The notes below the pieces were generated by a model. That model was not told where the DNA came from. It saw only the letters and a program-made list of their open reading frames with translations, and did not search any database. Below, one piece after another: positions 51,701 through 59,738 of a DNA stretch of 64,000 bases. Position numbers and translations under genes: made by a program. Numbering within the stretch: the first letter of the stretch is position 1; every line of letters begins with the position of its first letter. Source of the DNA: Lingula anatina (taxonomy: Eukaryota > Animalia > Brachiopoda); assembly GCA_051362555.1 (NCBI GenBank), contig CM120641.1, forward strand, positions 1,178,001 to 1,242,000, in the 5' to 3' direction.

Positions 51701-52910
51701 AATTCCCATGAAAGTAAGATTTTGGGAGCATTCCAAATAGATGTTATTTTAGTAATGATGGAAAATTTCCTTCACTACAAATTTGCAGGACTAAGAATTC
51801 TCAGAGCAATTTGTAGGCATTAAAACACAAATTCATATTCATTATCCTCAAAGCACGACAGCAACCCATTCTGCATTGGATCCTATATATAATTCCAAAA
51901 TCATCGCGCCAACTATACGATGGCTGAGCGTTGTGTCATATGCCATTCCAAGGTAAGGAGATCTATATTAATTTGGAAATGTACACAATGTAAGAAAAAA
52001 ATCCATCAACAGTGCATAGAAAAATGGTGGAAATATAGTTGTTCTTGTCCACATTGCAGATATGTTGACTATAACACGATCTGTATGCAGGACCCTAGAA
52101 CACACTATGAACAATTTGAAACACCTGATGACCCAGAGGGTTATATATAAATGCACTCACATCTCCTGCTAAAGCAGTCTGAGATGGCAGGTCAAGCGCA
52201 ATGATCAGAGGCCGTATTTTTTACCTCTGCCACTGAGGTTGTTTACAGTTATGGATTAATTTTTGGAATTTCTTCTCAGGAGAGATCTGAAAGGGGCTAA
52301 CTTGGGAATGATAAAACATAAATCAATAATAAAAAGATCTGAGTTGCCTGGGCAGGGGTCTCTTTGACCACTGAGTTCAGCAAAGGTATCTATTCATGGG
52401 TAGTGAAGTGGGGGAAACTGTAGGAAACCCAAATGATATCAGTTGTATTCTTGGGTTTATCAGAAGGTTTTACAAAAAAGTATAAGATCAGGCAGAAACG
52501 ACAGTTAATCTCTTTAACAGGTACTCATCTATACACAGCTTCAAGCAGTATGTCAATGATATTACCCTACATTATTCCTTGTAAAAACCTACTGCATACT
52601 GCTGATCTTTTTCCTTTAGTGATTACTGGGAGATTACATAACACAAACAATGCAAATGAAATATCTTTTAATACTGAATGCTAAGAACTTTTAGAAGGCT
52701 GCCAAAATAACATATTAGTTATCAGATATTCAGATTTGCATTTCATCAATAGTGAAATATATTAAGAAGATAAGAATTAAATAAAAAATCACAAACCTGT
52801 AACGATATATCACACTCATCTCTGCCAAGGAATACCATACTGTGTTTGAGCTTGTGAGGCACACCATTGCGATCCACCAGAGCCCACTGTGGCATCTCCT
52901 GACCTGACAT
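24555..52910 (-). CDS. CEP170: Centrosomal protein 170 family (FHA domain + CEP170 C-terminal domain), 15 coding exons, about 1648 aa
   Basis: Exons 52910-52797, 46775-46686, 46342-46264, 45917-45808, 45565-44983, 43064-42894, 34795-34368, 34051-33871, 33042-32195, 29309-29222, 28928-27322, 26173-25985, 25518-25433, 25196-25048, 24778-24555 sum to 4947 nt with consistent phases. Motifs [66 protein letters not shown] and ANQELAGILRSLRKVEHHLQ match recalled CEP170/CEP170B. Confidence 0.93.
25048..25196 (-). CDS. CEP170: CEP170 C-terminal domain exon
   Basis: ..DIPAWKTANQELAGILRSLRKVEHHLQ; G|GTAAAC donor. Confidence 0.88.
25433..25518 (-). CDS. CEP170: CEP170 C-terminal domain exon
   Basis: SYDSLIVSSIHQLAQKLKISTEKSMTKL; ttttcag / AG|GTAAAG. 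Confidence 0.88.
25985..26173 (-). CDS. CEP170: CEP170 exon
   Basis: ..IRRREWDRNE; ttgtag / GAG|GTTGGT. Confidence 0.85.
27322..28928 (-). CDS. CEP170: CEP170 large Ser/Arg-rich exon
   Basis: ORF 27292..28959; ggtttcag / GAG|GTAATA. Confidence 0.9.
29222..29309 (-). CDS. CEP170: CEP170 exon
   Basis: LFSGKPRWVQEWSARKG..; tttcag / G|GTATGG. Confidence 0.85.
32195..33042 (-). CDS. CEP170: CEP170 exon with SEAGTYTIE motif
   Basis: Extends ORF 32177..32917 upstream without a stop; ttctcag / AAG|GTAAGG. Confidence 0.9.
33871..34051 (-). CDS. CEP170: CEP170 exon (NAGNAG acceptor)
   Basis: tttcagCAG acceptor; the AGAG|GTAGGC donor gives the required phase 1. Confidence 0.75.
34368..34795 (-). CDS. 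CEP170: CEP170 exon
   Basis: Within ORF 34353..34895 (YMDIP, AFSVEF); tcttt cag / GTAAGT. Confidence 0.88.
37252..37800. mobile_element. 549-bp MITE with 110-bp terminal inverted repeats, in a CEP170 intron
   Basis: CAGGCCTAACCAACTACCAGACTCGGCACCTAAGGATCCTGAA.. (37252-37361) mirrored at 37691-37800 with few mismatches; TATAT on both flanks. Confidence 0.92.
38745..38880. repeat. C-rich degenerate tandem repeat (CCCCACTCCCCCTCATCATAAG-like)
   Basis: 4-5 imperfect copies. Confidence 0.7.
42894..43064 (-). CDS. CEP170: CEP170 exon with [13 protein letters not shown] motif
   Basis: ttctag / G|GTGAGT. Confidence 0.92.
44453..44598. mobile_element. Second, degenerate copy of the 19633-19802 MITE family
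   Basis: Shared TTCGAAA..CCCCCCTTTT, AAAAGGTCCACTTTTT and CTGGCTA(T/C)GGGCCTG. Confidence 0.78.
44983..45565 (-). CDS. CEP170: CEP170 exon
   Basis: Within ORF 44912..45652; ttttttgcgcag acceptor, CAG|GTAGAT donor. Confidence 0.82.
45808..45917 (-). CDS. CEP170: CEP170 exon
   Basis: PMVFRIEETDG..MAECQ; AC acceptor, CAG|GTAATG donor. Confidence 0.88.
45918..46263 (-). other. U12-type (minor spliceosome) AT-AC intron, 346 nt
   Basis: 5'ss ATATCCTTAC, branch point TCCTTAAC (45934-45927), 3'ss CAC|; removal gives in-frame RFGYD-PMVFRIE. Confidence 0.93.
46264..46342 (-). CDS. CEP170: CEP170 FHA exon (79 nt)
   Basis: TYVNESRIPEQTYVALENLDTIRFGY; followed by the U12 donor ATATCCTT. Confidence 0.93.
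46686..46775 (-). CDS. CEP170: CEP170 FHA exon (90 nt)
   Basis: [30 protein letters not shown]; ttttcag / GTGAGT. Confidence 0.93.
50031..50647. repeat. 58-60 bp minisatellite, about 10 copies
   Basis: Unit approximately GGGATGTGATATCCCGGTGATTCCCTAGGTAAGGGAAAGATGAGCTCGGAAGAGCTGTT. Confidence 0.95.
51608..51892 (+). promoter_or_regulatory. Candidate promoter of the RING ORF: NRF1-like palindrome GCGCATGCGC (51608-51617) and TATA box (51884-51892)
   Basis: Motif matches only. Confidence 0.4.
51920..52150 (+). CDS. Small stand-alone C4HC3 RING-finger protein (76 aa), nested antisense in a CEP170 intron
   Basis: C5-x2-C8-x12-C21-x2-C24-x4-H29-x2-C32-x10-C43-x2-C46 with W36 and CPHCR; good start context; TATATATAA at 51884-51892; AATAAA at 52328-52333. 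Confidence 0.7.
   Translation: MAERCVICHSKVRRSILIWKCTQCKKKIHQQCIEKWWKYSCSCPHCRYVDYNTICMQDPRTHYEQFETPDDPEGYI
52797..52910 (-). CDS. CEP170: CEP170 first conserved coding exon (FHA start)
   Basis: [38 protein letters not shown]; acceptor at 52917-52918, donor CAG|GTTTGT. Confidence 0.9.
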
Positions 52911-54363
52911 CTCACACTGAAACCAATCAACATAATGAGATATTGAAATAATTTACAGGCTTGTCTTGGTAGGTACAGGTGACATATTTTACCCTTTTTC
53001 ACATGAGAAATTTCCATGAATGACACCTGGATAGCCAACACAATGCATGTCTTGCACTTCAAACAAATGGTCTGTGCCTCTCCCCCCCCCCCAACCCAAA
53101 CCCATCATCGTAGGCTTGATTTCAAAATATATCGTTTCTGTGAGTCTCTGTCGAAAAGCAACTGGACATAAGTTACTGTTGTTCAGAAAAAATGATGGAG
53201 TCAAAATGTCTTCTTCGGGGTTGTCCAACAAATACAATGTTGTTGTAAAACACTGGAAAGGTATCAGCTCAATCTTAATATGCCATAAGTACATTAGCTG
53301 TGTGCTTTATCGCTTTACAGCAGTTCTATCAACAAGACAAGAACAGTCCAATCATTATAGTAATGTAGAGTATCAGTGTCATCTAAATGGGACATCTGAC
53401 TGTATTTATGCCATTCCTACTGAAACAACTGGTAACAGCAAATATGATATATATCACAATGATGACCTATAATTATTTTTATACAAAATGAAATCAGAAA
53501 AACTCAGTGTATTACAATGAACTACCTGAAGTCACTTTCCATTTTATCATGGCATCATGATCTAGAACCAAAAGCTACAAAGAAAAAAACCTATGCAGAA
53601 AGTCTTTTAAATTGCTCTGTTCTTGGCTAGCAAAAGTCTTTAAGCCCCTGGAAATTCTTCCACAGCCAGTTTAGGCAATCCATGTGTTCAGTGCCATCTG
53701 ATTCCATCATGCATACCAGATACTTACATAGCAGCTTACTAGTACTTATATAGCAGTATAAAGCTACATATACATGTAGCTGTCTAAAGATATAAGGCAA
53801 ATAATTTTCAGAAGAACAAGAGCATGCATACAAAGCCTGCTAGTTATCTAAGCTGTTGGGTCTACAATGAACATACTCAAACCCTGTCTGCAGAATCACA
53901 TGGCACAATCATGATCCCCTGTTTTCCCAAATACAAGCCATGTAATTGTTGTTTCTGAGTCATATCTTCTGCAAACAAATTTAATGGTGATATAAAAATT
54001 ACAGCACACTGAACTTTAACTGATCATGAGCAAGACTCTGACAGAATTTGCATCAAATTAAGAATTTCAGAGTTGGAAGTGGAATAATTCACATCAACTG
54101 AAGATATGGCAATATAAACATCCCTAGATAAAGAATCTAATGTCAATTACCCTGTGACATCTTGGCTATATAAGACCTTAAAATCTTCAATTAAATTCAC
54201 CTGTAACCATTCATCAAATAATCACTACTGCTTTTGGTGGAATTCTAATATTTGTGGACACACAGTATAAAAGCAGAGTCATATTTGTCTTACCTGAACC
54301 TCTTACTCATTGTTACCAATCTGACTGTTACCAAACCTGAATCAACACAACCCCACCTACATT

Positions 54364-54617
54364 TAGACTGGGTTCCCATTCCTGGATCAATCTAACAGGA
54401 TCAATCCATCTCCGAGGGGTTTCTAGCCAAATTGCTTAAGCAGCTCAGATTTCTGGCATGCCTACCAAAGCTGCTAAACAACAGTTAATTAATCCCTAGC
54501 AGCTTCAGTAGGCATGACAGACATCTAAGCCATTTAAGTTGATGCAATTTAGGGAGAATCCACTTGGAGATAGTTCAATCCACAGTTAGTATGATACGGT
54601 CTGGGAATGGTCCCTTA
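54364..54617. mobile_element. About 250-bp dispersed MITE-like repeat, family copy 1
   Basis: Colinear similarity to 63055-63304 (GGGTTCCCAT..ATCTAACAGGATC..CAGCTTCAGTAGG..GACAGACATCTAAGCC..TTGGAGATAGTT..CTGGGAATGGTC); ends loosely inverted. Confidence 0.8.
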
Positions 54618-55439
54618 CAAATTATATGCTTCAAGTAAACCCTTCTACAAGGTTTTTCAAACCAGAGAAGATAATATTACCAATCAATATGCTACACATT
54701 GCAATCATTTTGTACTTGTATGGAACTCTTCCTTCTGGACAGACTCACATACGTATGTACACATTTTAAATCTATGCCCATAACATAATAATATTAATTA
54801 TTATGTTCTGTCTTCAAATGGGCTATATGAGTATATCACTAATCATACATATCATTGTTCCTCATTAGTGTGAATAACATCCCAATATTTGTAAATATTT
54901 CAACTACAGTTTATGACAGCCTTAAAAATCCATAATTCAGCAAATTGTCCTAATCATAAACCATATACACTTACATATAAATATACGCAATTCCTTACAT
55001 ACACAAAGCATCTAGGTTGCCTTATACCCAATTACACCAGGTATGTCCAGGTGCCAATATACCTAACACAACAAATCAAGTGACCAGAAGATGTAAACTT
55101 ATTCATCAAATCCTCACACGGAGCCAGGAGGCACCATGGCATGAATAAACCAGGCTAAAGTTTGCAAATTCCAAACTTTGTTTGAATCAAATATTAGCTT
55201 ACTTCCTGGCCTCTATGTACAGCTCCACTGGGTCAGTTTATGGAGACCAGGTCAGACAGAGTGGTTCATTACAGAAAGAAGGTTTTGTGGCAAGCATTAA
55301 ACATGCTATGCTTTAATAAACTTATTCGGAATAATGGCACATATCAGGGTTCTATTATACAGCATGCACTAGTTAACCTGACTATGCTTACACATTGAGT
55401 TTTAAAAGATTTTGCTTCTCTTAATATACAGACATATAC

Positions 55440-55510
55440 AGAAACAGGCAGACAGGCATGTAAACAAACAGACGGACAGACAGACAGACAAATGGGCAGG
55501 CAGACAGATG
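55440..55510. repeat. Imperfect (GACA)n microsatellite
   Basis: cagacagacagac runs. Confidence 0.8.
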
Positions 55511-56628
55511 GCACATTCAATGCAGACACACATATTTGCAAAATTATAGCCTTTAAAGTACTTGAATGAAATCCTAATAGAGAATCTGCCAACTATAGTA
55601 AATGTTAACACATTTTCTGTGACAACCAACCTATAAAAAACATTTACTTAGGAGACCTGGTTTAAAATACAGCAAATGGATTTATTGTCAGATCAAGTGT
55701 AATATGCACCTTACAATATTATAAAAGTAGTCTTTGTAGGGGGGAGAAGGATGAAAATTCCTGAGTGGGATCGCATACTTTTCAATACAAATGTATAGGT
55801 TTGTAATGCTCAGCATTTGTACTGTAGAGTATAGACTGACACGCCTCCTCGTTTCCTTGTAAAATCAGCAGCTTTTCAGTATTCTACTAGGAGTCCCCAT
55901 CCAAACTCACTTATTCTGAACAATCCCTACATTAAAGCATGTCAACCAAAGTATGCCAGTACCTCGTAGCCTGCAGGACGGACCTGTACAATAAGCTACC
56001 ACCTGTCAGACATTTAAATGCTAATACAAAGCCACACCAAGCTGCGCATTTCAATATTTTTCATCTTTGCCTTCACTGATGATGTAATTATCACAACATT
56101 TTCTTTCAAAGATATATCACAAGACCCCTAAAAAAGACCTTCACCCACCTGTTGACTTCTTGAACATTAATGCCAACACCTGAACCTAACTCTAGTGGGC
56201 TGATTTATACTAAAATATTTACATAGCTTATCCTTCACTGCTTGGCTACACACACTTGTGTAGCATTACTATTCTGCAAGCAAGTCCTTTTTATTTAATC
56301 CTTTTTTTTCTTCTTTTGGTCCTTGGTTTGTACGACAGATAGCAATCTACTAAACAAACAATTAGTCATCACAGTACATAACCAACCACAAGATACTCCT
56401 GAACATGTCTCTATTATGAACATACAATGATTGTAATTTTTCTTTTTACCTCATTCTATACGCGCAGATACAGATGTATAAAACATATCATTACTGTCAT
56501 CACATGCACTACATGGGAATAATGGAAATTCATTGTTCATGAGAGCAAAATACTTGTCTCCTCTATATAATCTTGAAGACACATTTGTGGTTTGGCATTT
56601 AAAGTACCTGTTTGCTGGAAGGGTAGTC

Positions 56629-56850
56629 TAAGGCTCTATTCCCATAGATTTTAGATCGATCTATCCCCGCGGGGAGTCTCACTTGATTACTTTCAGATAA
56701 TCCGACTTAAATGGCCGTCCCGCCTACTACAAGCTGTAAGGGGGTAATTAACTTTCGTGTCTGCCCGGCTGACAGCTATTTAGCGTGAACCCCCAGGGAG
56801 TTAGGTCGATCTAAAGTAGGTCGATCTAATCTATGGAAATGGGGTGTTAG
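56629..56850. mobile_element. More diverged MITE-like repeat with inverted ends; a similar copy lies at about 31885-32155
   Basis: TTCCCATAGAT / ATCTATGGAAA ends; shares AAGGGGTAATTAACTTT and TTAGCGTGA(A/G)CCCCC with about 32005-32075. Confidence 0.55.
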
Positions 56851-59738
56851 TTTTATCTTATTTTGATTTGTAAAGCCAAAATAACTTGAATATTTTTAAT
56901 ACAAAATTATTTCTCAGCATTAAGAAAAATGAATTATGTTTTTTCTAGCCACTTGCCACACTGGATATGGAATGTGATCTAGATTAATGTTGACTAGCAA
57001 GGGACTTTAGATTACGGATTTGTTAGACTTTTGGATATCATAAATTATTTATCAACTATGAAAGAATAATTATAAATGCCCCACCCCACCATTAAAAGTG
57101 AAATAAGCACTTTGTACTTTAGAAAATGAGTGTAAAAAACATGCTACGCTATGCAGGATAAAAAATTCAACTAAACGGTTTCATCTTGAATTTAAAATCT
57201 TTAAAAAAGATTCATATAAATAACAACTTGTAATGTCATCAATAGCAGCTGTTACCTAAGAGTTTATCATAACATATAACAGAAGACACCTACTGGACAC
57301 TGATATTTAGTTCCCCGTCTGTAAGACTGCCAAAGATCCCCCAGAGATCTCGTCCTCTTCTTTTGCCAGCTTTGGAATGTTATTCCCGCCATCTTGTTAG
57401 GAGTGATTAATGTTAAAAAATGCAACAAACTTCACCAAGCCTCTCTCAGGTTAAAAAAAAATTCCTACTTGATCGGTGAATCTTGAATTAAAGGCTAAGT
57501 TGTCTCCTGTGAAGAAAGTTCTATTGAGATTCACATATAAAATGACAAAAGAATGGCACTGTTTGGTATACAAATAGCTAGGCACCTGACGTATTCAGCA
57601 AAATGTATCCCTGCAATACACCGTAACTCTAAGCTAAGACAGACTTTTTAAGTGTCATGCAATCATTTCCGCTATCTGTCTCGCCCGTGACACAAAGACG
57701 ACAATGTCAGTGACACGCAGTATCAAAGGAGACAATAAATCCATAAATCCCTTACATAAAAGTCATTTCACGAGTGAGTTCAGTTGATGCTATGTAGAAG
57801 AGTTTGCAGGTGCCCTCTCTGGCTGTCCCTCCCTTCCTAGAGAAGAATTAGAATTCCTGTCAGCACGACCTGCCCAGTTATAACATGTCCCATCAAACTG
57901 GCACTTTATGAGATACCATCAGATGGCCTGTCCCTAGCTCAGAGAAAGTCTTTATGGGGGTCACAGTATGGAATGAGACTTCTCTAATTTTGACACGACC
58001 CATCAGTTGTGTGTCTTGTCCAATTAATGAAGTGTCAGTCTTAGCTATCTCTCTTTTTTTGTTACAACATACTGTGCCGTTTCCTGAGGCACTGAGTGTC
58101 CCTGGCAAAATGGGATTTCCTCTCTGCAAAATTCTGTCCTATTTTGTATCAATCAGTGCATGTTTCTGGTGGCAATATGATACTTTCCTTGGACAAACAA
58201 ATCCCATTAAGATTTCAAACGCCTTTCTTTGTCTTTAGTTCTTGATTTCACTGGTATGCAATCATTACCATTGTACTCTGCCTTGCTGGCCTCAATAATT
58301 TGTCAAGGAATCTGCTGTAAAAAATCTACAAAAAGTCCCCTATGCAGTGGTTCATCTATAAATGTCTCCTTTCCTCTCTTTGTACTCCATTTGAACTCTG
58401 GAATTTATTTTCTAAAAATGTTTCCACTAAGAAAACTGAAAATTTGTCTTCCTCTTCTCTCTGGTGGGACTTTGCTAGCTGTTGTATAAACTGAAGGCTT
58501 TAAAAAAGATTGATTGTACCAGCACTGGCAATCATACTTGAGTACCCAACTCAGCCCAATGCCCCAGAGACACAATATAGGTCCAAAACATATGGTTTAA
58601 ACCTCTGCCAAGGCACTCCAAGGAAAAAAAGGAAAAAAAACTGAACCTGTTCTCACATAGCCTTTATGTAGTGAGAGGCCACAGCCCCTATGTCTGTTGT
58701 ACATGAAAAGAATTTCAATGATCATCCTCGCAGGGTTCCACATCCTCGTCACCACTGTGCACTACTCAATCTTACGTGTTCTCAAGGCAACCACCTCTAT
58801 GCACATGCAGCTACATGCATTCTTGAAATTGCCAGGTGAAATAAATTTAAATAAGAACTTCATGCTTAAAGGAAAATAATTACCTTAAAATTTCCAGCGT
58901 AGCTATAAGCAGCTTAGCGACAGTAATGATGGACTTCACAATGGGTTAGTCTGTAATGCAAGTCTTCAGTGAAAGGCATGTCTCCATCCTGCACAATCTT
59001 AAGCAGACTAAATGTTAAATCTTTAGCTGACTAAATGCTGTCACAACAGTAATGCGACAAGGCAGCTGTCTGTCTGAAGGTGTCACCCCAGATAACACTG
59101 AGATACCAGGGTCTATCCAATCATGATATTGAGCAATTTATAAATCTAAATGTCCACTGTGGTTAATCTTAGCAGTTGACAAGCCCAGGGTAGCTCTCCA
59201 TTGACAGGTAAGTGCCAACAGTGACAGTACCACAGAAAACTTTTTTTTTTTAATTTCTTTCTTACTCCTTTGCTTTGGTTACATTTGTATTGCTCACTGG
59301 CATATCAGTGACTTACTCAGTGTATAATTAAACAGGTGCTTGGGACTAAAATGAAAGTAAACACCAGATATGTTCACCTTTTATCCTAAAAACGTGCCCA
59401 GCATTTCATCTCCCTATGATGTTTATGAACTTGGTATTCTTGTGCTACTGGCTAAATAGACAAGTGAAAAGGTTAAGCTTTTAGATCTCTTACAGAATGT
59501 TCTTGTATCTCAAAGGTGTGACATAACTGCAAGTCTAGGTAGATATTAGAGGTATTAGGTTTTTGTGTTGGAAGAAATGCTGGGAGGCACCCAGGATGTC
59601 AGAGTTTATAGAAAGTCCCTCCCGACCAGAACCAGTGTATGGGTGGGGAATACTGACTACAACGAGTCTCGGCTATGATTGTTAAGTTCAGGGTGAAGGA
59701 TGGCTGCTGCTTTTTCCAATAGATAAGAAGATGAAGTA

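Larger units (their letters stand above)
46963..52312 (+). mobile_element. Putative degenerate element (about 5.3 kb) in the first coding intron of CEP170; boundaries uncertain
   Basis: Left end GGGTCATTCCATGTCAACT with only a weak inverted match (GCTAACTTGGGAATGA) near 52300. Internal plus-strand decayed exons, a minisatellite and a RING ORF. Confidence 0.4.

Noticed and set aside
52125-52150. CTGATGACCCAGAGGGT hammerhead-like core at the end of the RING ORF
   Set aside because: Not followed by GAAA; stems I and III are absent.
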